Source: Antedon mediterranea (taxonomy: Eukaryota > Animalia > Echinodermata). Taken from it: a DNA stretch of 64,000 nucleotides. The stretch covers positions 19,465,648 through 19,529,647 of the forward strand of contig NC_092673.1 of the NCBI RefSeq assembly GCF_964355755.1. The letters run 5' to 3'. The position numbers and the translations under genes are program-made. Of this stretch, positions 27,661 through 41,900 are shown one piece after another. The notes beneath the pieces were generated by a model. That model worked only from the letters and a program-made list of their open reading frames with translations. It made no database searches and had not been told where the DNA came from. The stretch's first letter is position 1, and every line of letters begins with the position of its first letter.

Positions 27661-28769
27661 GTACAGTACATGCCATATCTGAATTTCCTCAACTCAGGAT
27701 GAATGCCACTATACATTTATGATACAGTTTTGTCACAATTGTGTGCATTAACTATTAATACGTTATCAGATTTGTGATTTGTGATACATTATTTGTACTG
27801 ACAAGTATCTGTCATCTATTATCAGATATCAATTGTCTGGTAAAATTGTCAACTAGATGTTGTCTTATGATTACCTCATCCTTTGGAAGGAACATAAAGT
27901 TGTGAACAACCTAAATACACATTTTATGTGTCAAGTAGGATAATTGTAGGTGCTGTACTATGGCTACTGTAAATCTGAATTCAGTTTCCAGTTACACCAT
28001 CAAAAATACTTTTTATTTTTTGTTTTATTGACATTAATTTATTGTGACTTAAAAGTTTAATTTGTTTAAAAGAGTATTAGTATTTCTAATGTACAGTATA
28101 CTACAAAGGATTGTGTTGTTGTTTTGTGTGTTAGATTGTGCACATAAGACATGTGTATTGTTACAGCACAAAATAAAACTGATAGGAAATTTAATTTCAT
28201 TATGCAATTATTTTATCTTAATTAGTCAGTTTAACATTTTTTCATGTCTTAGACTTAGAGCACTCTTCATACTAATGGAGATTTGGTAACATGCATTGAC
28301 AGTTGACAAACATTTTGTGGTTTTAATAAATTAAATAATTTATTATAATATAGGGTAAGTTACACAGAAAAAGTCATGTGATGATGTGTGTTTGCCTAGC
28401 CCTTGTTTAAGGTGCACTTTCACATTGACCGTGTTCGTACGGCGATTGAAATACACGTTTATTTGGTTTTTACCCTTGGGGTAAAACCCATACGACGTTC
28501 GTACGAATAAACAAAGTACCGGTAAGCTGACACGAAACCAATTAAGATCGGAATTCTTAGGTCAAAAAGCGCCCTCTGTGCGTCGACCCATATCAATTGA
28601 CATGGCGTGTTGACAAATTCAACTGGATATTGCATGTCGTTTCGCGCGCGAATCGTTCAATTATTATTTTTCAATCGACAACCAGACCTATATATTTATA
28701 ATACATCGAATACAATTTACTTTTTAAATAAATAATGATCGAAAATCCTGCTAACGTATGTTGTTTGTT

Positions 28770-29112
28770 GACCACGTGTGTTTATCGTGCGAGCCGAACT
28801 ATTGTTGTGGAAATTCCATTTAATGTACAAGCACTGTACCCCTCTTGTAAAAATCACCACATGTATTTATCGTGCGAGCCGAACTATTGTTGTGGAAATT
28901 CCATTTAATGTACACGCACTGTACCCCTCTTGTAAAAATCACCACGTGTATTTATCGTGCGAGCCGAACTATTGTTGTGAAAATTCCATTTAATGTACAC
29001 GCACTGTACCCCTCTTGTAAAAATCACCACGTGTATTCATCGTGCGAGCCGAACTATTGTTGTAAAAATTCCATTTAACACGCACTGTACCCCTCTTATC
29101 GTGCGAGCCGAA
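28770..29112. repeat. Tandem repeat of about 86 bp, 3-4 copies
   Basis: ATCGTGCGAGCCGAACTATTGTTGTGGAAATTCCATTTAATGTAC.. recurs near 28784, 28869, 28954 and 29039. Confidence 0.85.
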
Positions 29113-30590
29113 CGGTTGATGTGGTAATTCACAGACACCAGGCTACCACAATACAGAACTCCCTGACGTTACATGTACATTATAAGCCACCGATTCGCAA
29201 GTTCAGGTCACCGGAAAAAAACCAACGAGTTGATTATTTATATATAATTTTACAAAACAATAGATATACATTCGCATTAACGAAAAAGAACATTTTAAAC
29301 AATAATTGTTAAACAATCAGAAAGCTTATTTGAGGTCGCGATTTGACATAATCCCGTTAACGCTTGATTAATTATACCCCGAGGCAGCGTGTAATTGGAA
29401 TGGGATTGAAATAACCAGTAAAGTTGGTGGATTTTTCGTCCAGATGGTTTTCTAATTTTTTATAGCCAGAGGCGTAAGTTAATTGCCACACGCGACCTCA
29501 CAGTTGGAAGTACACGGTAGTTTCAGTCCCGTCCGAACAGGCCCATTGACTGGAAAACCCCAGGGCAGTTTTCAGTCATTGTTGTCTTTCAGGTTTAGAC
29601 ACGCAAGTGATTATTAATTTCAATAGACCATATCATAAAAACCCATCAAAAACTGCGTTTGTGAGTTTGTTCTCTGTTGATATAAAATCTTTTATTTTCC
29701 ATTAAATAGGCTGACATGCAAGACTGATTAAGAAGTCATGTGACATACAGAAGGCGGCAAAGAGGGTGTTGGCATTTTGCATAACAATAAACACCTTGTA
29801 GGCTGGTAGCGTCCATTGATGTACAGTAGGGCTGTACAATCCCATTGCTGGACTAGTGGATGGTGGATTCTTTTACAGACAAATGACATCATTTTATGGT
29901 TACCTACAATTATTTATGAATTCATTAGTGTGATGTGAGTTATATATACTGTATTTTTAAATTTCATTATAGTAATTTGGCTTTTAAGCTAGTAGAGCTT
30001 GTTGTATGAAGGTTTAAACATGGAGCTGTAATAATAGCTGCATGGTTTAAAGCTAGTCAGTAATAATACAATACAATGGTTCATACAACAAACAGTAACC
30101 AAAACATATTTTGGTTTATAATCCAACAGAAATATGTTGTGTGAGAATAAATGCTGTTTTAAATGTCTTTTTAATTCTTTTTAATTGTGGTTTGCTGTCT
30201 TTAAATTAGCTTTTTTGTTTATACTGAGACTATCTTACCTATTGATCAAACAATAGTATTTATGTAATTATCAGGGACGTTTCGGATCAGTCATGGTTTT
30301 TCCTCCATAGACCAAGATGTTTAATTTAATTAGGAACAAAAATGGTTGGTAGTTTGCAATAGTTATACAATTTTAAAAGAATGATTTTGAAACTTAATAA
30401 TCAAATATTTCATTATATGGTTTATATATGATATATATGTGTAAGATTGCAACTGTGTTTGTTGGAAATTTATTATTCATTTAATTGTGCGTTGTTTTTT
30501 ATGCTTATTATGGAATGACATTTAATGCGTGCATGTTAATAATTTTATAAAATAAATCATCTTCATTAAATCAGCCATCATAAATAGTCT

Positions 30591-30782
30591 AATTATATTA
30601 CAAAACTAGATATTTCATTAAAATAGATTTTTCAAATAATAGATTTAAACACTATTTGATGAAATGTAAATGAAACTACTGTACATTTGTACAGTAGTTT
30701 CATTTACATTTCATCAAATAGTGTTTAAATCTATTATTTGAAAAATCTATTTTAATGAAATATCTAGTTTTGTAATATAATT
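30591..30782. repeat. Perfect palindrome, 95-bp arms with a 2-nt spacer
   Basis: 30591-30685 is the reverse complement of 30688-30782. Confidence 0.92.
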
Positions 30783-30883
30783 TTTCGATATTTACAAAAT
30801 ATCCTATAATTTTTTGCAATGAGTTACAAATTATATTCATCATTAGAATAAAATGATCACCTATTGTTATTGTATTAAATCTT

Positions 30884-31215
30884 TATTAGTTATCCGCTTA
30901 GTAGCGGATAACTCCTTTTTATTGTATTGGATCAATATTTTTTTTTTTTTTCTGTATTATTAGTTATCCGCTTAGTAGCGGATAACTCCTTTTTATTGTA
31001 TTGGATCAATATTTTTTTTTTTTTTCTGTATTATTAGTTATCCGCTTAGTAGCGGATAACTCCTTTTTATTGTATTGGATCAATATTTTTTTTTTTTTTC
31101 TGTATTATTAGTTATCCGCTTAGTAGCGAATAACTCCTTTTTATTGTATTGGATCAATATTTTTTTTTTTTTCTGTATTATTAGTTATCCGCTTAGTAGC
31201 GGACAACTCCTTGTA
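30884..31215 (+). repeat. Five tandem copies (about 74 bp) of a HINE/Helitron-like 5' end
   Basis: Unit TTAGTTATCCGCTTAGTAGCGGATAACTCC..(T)n matches the 5' end of the element at 43269. Confidence 0.8.
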
Positions 31216-31749
31216 TTAAATGTCCTGTTTCATCATTTTTTTCTGTATTATGCTTCTTTCCTATCGTAACTTTGTCGGCGCTACTGCAGTTTCGCACCAC
31301 ACTGTTACTGTATATTTTCTAACTAAATTTTTTCTCACACCCACATCATACAATTTTTGGCCATTATGTAACATGTTCCCATGATTTAGCCACTGTTAAA
31401 TTACCTTTATCACAATAAAAAATGCCTTTCAAAACAGCTCCTCGAATATTTTTATAATGTTGTTGCTTGTACCAAGGTCATGGGTCAACACAATGTAAAA
31501 CATTTTTCAAATACTGACGTTGAAATGTGATTTCCTTGTTATATGATACGTTTTTTAGGTGAAAATTTGTGTTATTACTTTTAAAATATTATTAACATAA
31601 TTATCATGTACAGTTTATTTAGTCTATTGCGACTGGAACGGGATTGAACGATAGGATTTTCACCAGATGGCCTAAATGTTTCAGCAAATTTCAAAATAAA
31701 AAACGTAACCATAAGAAATTGAGTGTGGTACCAAGCCTAGTTGTGATTG

Positions 31750-32070
31750 AAGTAGAAGCCAATTATATGCATCGTTCAGGCCCAGTTGTGATTTGTGTGG
31801 TGGGAACAATAGAACTGATTACGTGCAGTCTTACAGACAAATTGGTGCATTTGGCCTTCTCGTTGTCCAATCAGAAGGAACTGTAAAGAATTGTAAAGCA
31901 AAGCTGGGAACCGAGTTAAGAAAACTGTTCACTTTACCAGATAGCAGATGACGTCACCGTTGAAAACCGTGAGTTACATATAAAAATTGAAATAATAGTT
32001 CTTATAGTTAAAGCGCATTAGTTGATAGATGCGATTAAGGCGTAGACTGCAGGAGCACAATGTAAAACAG
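31750..32070 (+). promoter_or_regulatory. Putative gene B promoter and non-coding first exon
   Basis: CCAAT motifs near 31759 and 31867, TGACGTCA near 31950, donor-like CAG/GTATAT at 32070-32071 upstream of the ATG exon acceptor at 32881-32882. Confidence 0.3.
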
Positions 32071-32343
32071 GTATATTTTACCTGATTGTGAAATGTTGTT
32101 AACAAGATCTAGTAGCCCATCCAGCAGCTGGATACAAGATTGTCAGTAGTTCATGTTCAGGGTCTTTTAAAATTCTATTAAAAATATTACAAATAAAAAT
32201 AATAAATGAATGAAAAACATTTAACTTCAATGATTTGATTATCCTGAGAGCATATTTTTTATGTTGTATTCTATTAAATAAAGAGTGTAGCCTCCCAGGT
32301 TCTCTCGCTCTTTCATATCTTTTAAATTAGGCTTTGGTACACT

Positions 32344-32778
32344 ATGACGTCACCCGATAAAATTCCGATTAGCAATACATGTTATAATGCCTGATTGTAA
32401 TGACTAGAGCCTTAAGTTATGTACTGTATGTAGCATGACGTCACCCGATGACATTCCGATTAGCAATACATGTTACAATGCTTGATTGTAATGACTAGAG
32501 CCTTAAGTTATGTACTGTATGTAGCATGACGTCACCCGATGACATTCCGATTAGCAATACATGTTACAATGCTTGATTGTAATGACTAGAGCCTTAAGTT
32601 ATGTACTGTATGTAGCATGACGTCACCCGATGACATTCCGATTAGCAATACATGTTACAATGCTTGATTGTAATGACTAGAGCCTTAAGTTATGTACTGT
32701 ATGTAGCATGACGTCACCCGATGACATTCCGATTAGCAATACATGTTACAATGCTTGATTGTAATAAATAGAGCCTAA
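32344..32778. repeat. 91-bp tandem repeat (about 4.8 copies), each unit with a TGACGTCA (CRE) palindrome
   Basis: TGACGTCA starts at 32345, 32436, 32527, 32618 and 32709. Confidence 0.9.
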
Positions 32779-32906
32779 TTTAAATTGAAAAGTCATATTT
32801 GACTTTGGATTCCACGCTGGATTGTTCATTACACACCGCGGCGTCATTTTATATTATCCTATTTTAAATTTATATTTTTCAGAAATGAAAACAGAAAATC
32901 GACAAC

Positions 32907-35900
32907 ATGGCAGCAGGTACAACAAAATAAACACGTTTTTTTAGTAATGGCAAGTTATTCAAATCGTTGTCTTATTTGTTTTCTGTTACCATTTTTTTTT
33001 ATAGATTTTGATCTGGATTTAGTATATGTTTCAACTTGGTATGATGAACACGACCTCTTGAGACAGCTGAAAGTTTTGTACCAAGATTTGATTGCAGCAT
33101 CGAAAATAGACAGCGCCACCAAAACGATACACTTACTACAGGAATTAAGGGCAAATGGACGTTTAAGTTCAGACAATCGTATATTGCTATACGACACAAT
33201 AAAAGTAACTGAACAGTTTGGTGTCATAGATCGTCTCAAACATTCTTTTCTTGAAGTTCAAGAAATTACTAAGTTCACTCGATATCGACTACAAATTGTA
33301 GCTTTCGGAAATGGACTTAGACAGGCTGATGTGGACAGAATCGATGCATTGTACAATGGTAGTGCGTTAAAGAATTATAAAGATGCCTGGAGCATGATTC
33401 TGGATTTTGAACAGAGAAAAATAATCTGTGAAGAAAAAATTGAAGAATTCATTAACAATTTAAGACAAGTTGGACTGGGAGCAAGAGTAACACCTCTGAC
33501 TAAAGGTATGTTAGTGCGAAAAGCCTAAAAACATTAATTTGGTAAAAAAAAAAAAAAAACAGTCTTGACAACATTAAATCCATGTCCGCCGACTGAAGGT
33601 GCATGTTAATACATTGCTGCTGTTTTGTTATTATTATTTCGTATAAATAATGAAAAATATTTGTGTTGAATTAATGCAATAATTAATAGATATTTTTATT
33701 AGCGGTATAGAATATCATTGTAGCATTTTTTGTCCGTTTACAGTAATTGTTTCTCCATTACTAAATAATGTACCGTATAATTTTGGTGAAAGTAAATACT
33801 TGGCCTCGTACTACATTTCTGTAACAATCAAACATTCTTAATGCATTAACAACATGAGATGAGTAGTAGTAATTAGTACGGTCTTTATTTAAATTTATAT
33901 TTAATTTTACTTTCTATGGTCCAGAGATTCAGACATAAAAGATTGAATGAATAATAAAATCACATCGTCTTACTTTAATCGTAATTAATTTGAAAATAAA
34001 ATGTCTTCATAATAATAATAAAAACAATTGATGAGATTTTTGTAATCAAATTGAAAAATAGTAATTCACCGTAATAATTCATGTACTGTAGTTACAACCA
34101 TCTTGGTTCAAACAACATTGTTATAATTTCGTTCTGATTAATGCTATATTCTGTTTGTCGCCCTCTATAATACCTTTTATTTTCATGGATACAGCATTAA
34201 TTATTAAGGCCTATAAATGCACAATTGTATCATGTCATTTGGCATCAAATTGTGGATAATCATAAATAAATGTGATTATGACGTAGATAATTGTGAATTC
34301 AGTTTCAATTGTAAACATATTACGCAACAAATAGCCTTTTAACCTAATAACATACATGCATGGTATTAAAAAAACAAAACAATATGTCGTGTATCCTTTC
34401 ACCAAAGAATAGAATATGTAATATCAATGATATAATTGCAAACGTGTGTTTACAACAGCAGCTCCACGATAATTACCAGTTATTTTTAATTTAGGATAAA
34501 TGGTAGGTTTTTAATTAAATTAATTCGTATACGCGTGCAATAATATTTCAATTTTGAATAAAAGCAAATTCATTTACAATTTTAACTTTTCCTATTAAAA
34601 TTAATTGTCAAAACTATCACTTTGAACGCAATTTCTATTATTTCTGTTATTTGGTATTGCTTTCGTATTAAGAAAAAAAGTTGGTTTTTTTTTGTGGTTT
34701 TTTTTGGACTTTATTTACTCCAGATGTTTTAAAAATCTATTAAAATCTTGATTCAATTTTCAGATATTGCTGCTCGTGAATTATATTTTCAAAATTAATT
34801 TAGGTGTACTAAATAACTGATCCAGTATAAGTCTGTTTGTGTTCTACAGTATGTATAGATAATAAAATGGTTTAATTTCTACTTTTAAAAATTAAACAGC
34901 ACTCATTATTTATGAAGGAAACTGAAACTTTTTTACAGTATTCTCATGAAACTATAAATTGCAATTTACGTTTTAAAATCTTATTCAAGGTTCAGAACTT
35001 ACTTTCGAAATTGCTGCTCGTGAATTAGATTTTCAGGAAGCCTACAATGAAGCCTTGAAAGAGGGTAAAGTGAAAGTCAATCTTGGAATGCTTAAGGTAA
35101 TTGGACAGGAAGGAGTTGGTAAAACATGCCTCATAAATGCATGTCTTGGAAAAGAGTAAGTAGTAGATTGATGATAATGGTTTACTTGTTATCTTTGGGA
35201 AGTGAGGAGGGCAGAGGGAGGGGAGTGAATGGGTTTTATTAAATGTTATGTAGATTAAGTAAGATTACTTATGTATTTGTCTATTTTGTGTTATATACTT
35301 TGTTGGACGCACCTTCAAAATGTGAAGTGTGCCACTGTTACAAAAGTGAAATGAACATTACAAAATATTTGTGAGTCAACTAAGAATTACAAACCAGCCA
35401 ACTTCTTGATATGTTTTTGATACCTACCACTTTCTAAATATTGCAGTGATAAATCTAACAACAGTTGAATTATAACAACTTTTAGAAATAATTAAATCAG
35501 TTACTACCTAATTATAACACCATCACATTTTCTATAGATTATAGAATTTAATTTTAATCTTGTCTTCTAAAAAAAAATCATACGAATTGTTGGATAACTT
35601 GACTTCCTAAATATATAATAATTGAATATATTAAAATGGTTTTGAATTAAAAGGAGAAAATTGAAAATTTTAGAGTACTTAAAATGACTGAAAATCATTG
35701 TTGGTTACAAATTATTATATTTCTGTCAGATTTGAGAAAGACCATAACATTACAGATGGCATAGCAGTGATTAGAACAGCAAGCACAACGTGGACAGAAG
35801 ATACTGCTGATAGTGGTAAACAATTAGCATTATTACTTTTACCACCATCCATGTAAAATTATTATCTTTAATCTCATCATAATAAACACAAACAAACCCA

Positions 35901-38900
35901 CAATAAAATGAAAGTATAGATGGAATGTGTTACATTATTGTACTAAATAATTAATATGATCTTCTAGAAGATATAGAGGGCGCATGATGAGAGACACGAA
36001 GTTGTCATGGACACGACTTCTTGAGCTGAATAAAATAACAGTCTATTTGTATTTACATCTGTCTCTAGTTTCAGTATCTATAACATAGTGAAACATAACA
36101 TAACATGGTGACCCCGACCAAAGGACAGGAGAATTAATCAAGATTCCTTTGCGTAAAATAACGAGAAAGTCAGCTAGGCTAGCTAACCCCTGCACCGCCG
36201 ACAGAGCGCCGAGAGAACGTCGCAGTGAGGCGTCCAACAAGTTAAAACGTGAAACCGTGAGTAGCGTTGTACAACGACGTACACCATATCATGGCTTACG
36301 CAATCCCACCGCCAAAGGCAATGACCTTTGCGGGAAGCGGTAACCTAGAGAAGGCTTGGATAACTTTCAAGGAGGCCTGGGTAGATTACAGAATTGCTGT
36401 AGGCCTTGACAAAAAGAACACTAACATTCAAATTGCTACACTAAAATCAATCATGGGAGATGACTGCCGTAAGAGACTAAAAACATTAGGGCTCACAGAC
36501 GCAGAAATGACAGACCATGACACAATATTAGCAAAGTTACAGGAACATTTTAAGCCCACACGGAATGTTCTATACGAACGGCACAGATTTTACACTGCAA
36601 AACAAGAAACTGGCGAGACCATCGACCAATATTTTGTCCGTCTAAGACAATTGGCAGAAGAATGTAAGTTTGATACGAAAGAAGACGAGATGCTAAGAGA
36701 CAAACTAGTAATAGGATGCTCTGACGCGGCTGCGAAAGCCAGAATCTTTCGTCTAAAAGACAAAAACACTGATCTGAAAACAACACTAGAAAGTTTGAGA
36801 ATCAGCGAGGCAGCAGACAAGCAATTAAAAGCGTTGGATCACGAGACTAACAGCAATGTAGAGGCAGTAAACTACAACAAGCCTAACTACAACAAACACA
36901 AAAAGCTGTGGAACGGTACACAAACCGAGACAGTGTCCAGCGTATGGCCAGTCATGCAGAAAATGCGGAAAACGAAACCACTGGGCCAAGAAATGCTTGT
37001 CTGGGCAAAAGAACCCCAGACATGCGCATGAAATACAGACGACCGCAGATGACCTCGATGACCCAGCAAACTACGGGTTTGACCTTGACGTGATTAACAT
37101 TGATACATGCGAAAGCAGATCAACCAGAGGTGAAAAATACGCTGTCATAATAGTTAGAACCGACCACCAACAGAGCATACGCCTTAAAGCGAAAGTTGAC
37201 ACAGGTGCCGCGAAAAATATACTAAATCACAGCACATACAGAGCTCTATTTGGTCCCCGTCATCAAACTGAGAAATCGCCAGTAACCCTCACAGGCTATG
37301 GAAACATACCAATCAAAAACCTTGGCAAAGCTTCAGCACGTAGTGTTGAACACAATCGGATGAAATTGAACAATGTGGAGTTTATCATAACCGAGAAAGG
37401 TAACAACTTGATCAGCCATGACCTATGCTGCAAGCTAAACATTGTCCGATACCCATGTGAGAAAGAGCAAAACTGTTGCACAAACTTTGATATTGAAGAG
37501 TGTGAAAACATCACAACAAAAGAGCAACTCATTAAAGAAAATCACGAGACATTCAAAGGAGTAGGAAAAATCCAGAATGAATACGATATCGAACTAACAC
37601 AAGATGCGGAACCAACAATAAAGCCAGCCCGAAGAACGCCAGAGGCACTGAAGATTCCGCTACGCAATGAACTAAACAGATTAACTGACCTAGGAATCAT
37701 AAAGGAAGTGCGTGAACCAACGGACTGGGTCAGTAACATCGTACTCGTAACAAAACCGAACGGAACACTCCGTATTTGTTTGGATCCTCATGACCTCAAC
37801 AAGGCTGTGAAAAGACCACACTACTACGCGAAAACCTTAGATGACATACTCCCAGATCTGCGCGAGGCGAAATACTTTTCAACGCTAGACCTCCGAAGCG
37901 GGTATTGGAATATACCACTTACCAACAGATCACAACTATTGACAACATTCAGTACAATTTACGGGAGATTTTGTTTCACAAGACTACCGTTCGGACTGAT
38001 ATCTGCACAAGACGTTTTCCAAGTGGACCTAGATGGCATATTTGGCAATATTCCTAATGTCTTCTGCATCAAAGATGATATCTTAATAGCAGCCAAAACC
38101 AGTAATGAACATGAGAAGGCCATACAAGATGTCATGAAAGCATGTAGAAAGGAAAACATCAAACTAAACCCTGATAAGTGCCAAATTAACAAGCGAAACG
38201 TCAAGCTCTTCGGACATGTACTCAGCAAAGAAGGAATTGCACCCGACCCAGCAAAGGTAACAGCAATACAGAACCTAAAAGCACCTGCCAACAAACAGGA
38301 ATTGCAATCGCTCTTGGGACTAGTACAATATCTGTCCAAGTTTGCGAAGCTGAGCCATCTAACAGAGCCTATAAGGAAGCTCCTACAGAAGGATGCAGTA
38401 TATGAATGGACACCGAGCCATGACAAAGCGCTCGACAACATAAAAGACGCCATCATAAACACTCCAGTCCTCGCTTATTTTGATGCCAGGAAAGAGATCA
38501 CAATCCAGTGTGATGCAAGCATGAAAGGCCTTGGAGCAGTGCTCATGCAACAAGATAAACCAATACATTACGCATCAAAATCGCTAACTCCTGCAGAGAA
38601 AAATTACAGTAACATTGAGAGAGAAGCACTAGCTGTCGTATGGGCCATAAAACACTTCAGATATTATGTGTTTGGACGCGAATTCACAATCTGCTCTGAT
38701 CACAAACCATTAGAAGACATCGCCAAGAAGGACATCTCAAAAATGCCAAGCAGACTCCAACGACTGATGCTGCAAATGCAGGATTACAAAGGCACAATTA
38801 AATATGTACCAGGCAAAGAAGTCCCGATAGCAGACTGCCTCTCGCGCTGCATAGACACTAATCAGAGAACATTTCAAATTCCTGATCTTGATGTCCAGAT

Positions 38901-41900
38901 TAACGAACTGACTGATACGAAATTATTCGTCTTAGATAAAATAAAAGAAGCAACCGCAGCAGACAACATGCTACAAGAACTCAGCAAAATTATACTGAAT
39001 GGCTGGCCAAACGAAAAAAACCAGTGTAACGAAACTACACATGCGTATTGGCAACATAGATACGAACTAGCGATACACGATGGTATAATTCTCAAAGGCT
39101 CCAGAATCATCATACCAAAAGAGATGAGACCAAGAATCCTAAACATACTCCACAAACAACACCAAGGAACTGAGAAGACCAGACTGAGAGCCAGACAATC
39201 AGTATACTGGCCAGGAATTAACGCAGACATAGAACGTATCATAAACAATTGTGATGCATGTCAAACCCACCAAAGAAGCCAATCAAAACTACCAGTAAAA
39301 CCCATTCATACATCTGAAGCTATGGAAATTATTGCAATCGACCTGTTTGAATTTGAAGGAAAGCAATACCTATTAACAGTTGACTACTTCACAGGATACA
39401 TATGGGCAGACCAAATGATAAACACGACGAGCAATACAGTCATCAACAAGCTCGAAACAATATTTTCACTGTTTGGAAATCCCACTACAATCATTTCAGA
39501 CAATGGATCGCAGCTTACAAGTGAAACACTGCAAGCATTCTGCAACAACCACGAAATCATCCACAGAACAAGCGCACCACACCACCAACAAGCAAATGGG
39601 AGAGCTGAACGAAGCATACAAACACTCAAAAGCATGCTAAAGAAATCAGAGAAAGGGGAAAAGAGTTTATATGAAATTCTTGTCGCATTGAGAGATACCC
39701 CCATATCATCAGACATTCCATCACCATATACATTAATGTTCAACAGGAAAGTCAAGAACTCTGTACCAAGCATAAACTTCCCAACTCAGAGAAACAACAA
39801 TCATATCCAAGCTAAAGCACATCGCACAGAAGCATACGCTCAATATCATGCTGAACCACCACCACTTGAAGTCGGCAAGGAATGCAGGTTCCAGAAAGCA
39901 CCAAAAAGTATGTGGCAACCAGCCAAAGTTGTTCAATGCACCTCCGACCGCAACTACACAGTAATAACACCAGAAGGTGTACAATACCAGCGAGATCGAA
40001 TAAACATACGACCTACACCAACTAGCACCCTGAGCAAACAACCTAGTGAAAAACAAGCGATCACACCACAAATAACTGGGAAACAAAAGATAAACATCAT
40101 ACCAGCCCAGCAAACGAGACCTAAACGAACCCACACTATGCCAGAGAAATTCAAGGACCACATCATGGAATAAACTACAAGATAAGCACCCATGATACTT
40201 CACGTTTGTAAATAGTTGTGTTACAGAACTGTTTAGAGAGAAAGTTAATTTTTATAGTGAACTGTTTGAAAACGTTTAATGAACAATGACTGTTCGTGAG
40301 TTATTATCGTTTTGAGACTTTAGTGTTGATAACCATACTCTACATGGACATACAGTTATGTTGGACAATAATCATTTATGTAATTTGAGCAGTGATTGTT
40401 TTTATGAATATTAATGTTAACTATAACAAGAGAATAACAATAATGACCACAGACAACATAATAATATTAAACTCTTTATTATTATAATATCCACTTATGC
40501 ATAACCGCAACTTTTCCTTAAGAAGAGGGATGTTACATTATTGTACTAAATAATTAATATGATCTTCTAGAAGATATAGAGGGCGCATGATGAGAGACAC
40601 GAAGTTGTCATGGACACGACTTCTTGAGCTGAATAAAATAACAGTCTATTTGTATTTACATCTGTCTCTAGTTTCAGTATCTATAACATAGTGAAACATA
40701 ACATAACAGAATGTAATTCAATAAATTACTACAGTACAACTGTGTCATGGTGTCAACATGCATATTTTTATTGCATTTTGGAATAGTGTAAACAAACATA
40801 TTTGTACACTATGTTACATTGTTTAGTGTAAATGTATGTTTCATTAAATAGAATTGCATTAATAATGAGGTTGAAAGCGGTAAAGTTATGTATCAATATA
40901 TTCACTTAAATCAAACCTAGGACCTACACAAATTTACATTGTTTTTTGTTTTTTTTCTTCAGGTAATCCTTTGAAACTGTATACAAAGGTGGTTGCAGAC
41001 AAACTAAAAGCAATGGAAAGGTCAACTAAAAATGTATGTCAACAATGTAACCATGTAATAAAAAAAATTTAATATTACAAAAACTTTCTACAAGACTTTT
41101 CTATTATGGTATACTAACCACAACTGTTGGGTCTAAGGTCAAGATTACAATCAGCAAAACACTATTATATTTCATTGTCTGCAGGCCACAGTTTTCATCA
41201 GAAGACAATCATAAGGTTCAGAATCACGTCACAAACAAATATATTGTTGAAAAAAAATTTCAAAAATCCAGGGTCTCGGGAGGCTGGATGTATAAACATT
41301 AGAGAAGAGTGAAATTCACTTTTACAGAGTGAAATTAAACCTAAACTAGAGGGTACTCCGAGAGTACAAACCTCCGGCTACTGTAAAATTCCCCTACATA
41401 AAATGCCCCCTGAATATTTTTTTTTTAAACATTTTTTTTTATTAGTGTAAATATGTTAACTGCACACTACAAAGTTGTGGATGACAGTGTGGTGTAATGG
41501 TTATGTATCCAGCCTCTCACAGTTGAGATCGCTGGTTCAAGCCCCACTGAGGGTTTTTTTTTTTTTTATTATTTTTTTATTTTATTTGTTTTTGTTTTTT
41601 GTGGACCTTGATATTTGACCCCAACCCTTCAAAATTTAACCACAATTATATGATGTGTCATTGATCATTGTGGCTAAGTTTGGTGAGAATCGGATCAAAA
41701 CTGTGGTCTCTAGGCAGTAAAATAGTTTTTTGTTAGTTGTGACCTTGACCTATGACCTTCCCCCTCAAATTCGAACTCGAGCTTTTTGGGCATAGATCAT
41801 TGTGTCCAAATTTGGTTAGAATCGGATAAAAACTGTGGCCTCCAGGCTGTTCACAGACACACACACAAACACACACACAAACATACAGGGGTGAAAACAT

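Larger units (their letters stand above)
35928..40708 (+). mobile_element. Full-length Ty3/Gypsy LTR retrotransposon (Mag-like), intronic in gene B
   Basis: Identical 178-bp LTRs 35928-36105 and 40531-40708 (TG..CA), 5-bp TSD GAATG, PBS TGGTGACCCCGAC complementary to the tRNA-Trp 3' end, PPT AAGAAGAGGGA, gag plus PR-RT-RH-IN order. Confidence 0.97.

Noticed and set aside
26742-27716. 324-aa and 304-aa Cys/His-rich repeat ORFs
   Set aside because: The unit is 60 bp so several frames stay open by chance; the paralogous site has only one unit.
36550-40203. Many minus-strand ORFs
   Set aside because: Antisense shadows of gag-pol with no independent motifs.
41482-41555. Functional tRNA gene
   Set aside because: Acceptor and anticodon stems pair poorly and it sits inside a repeat element.
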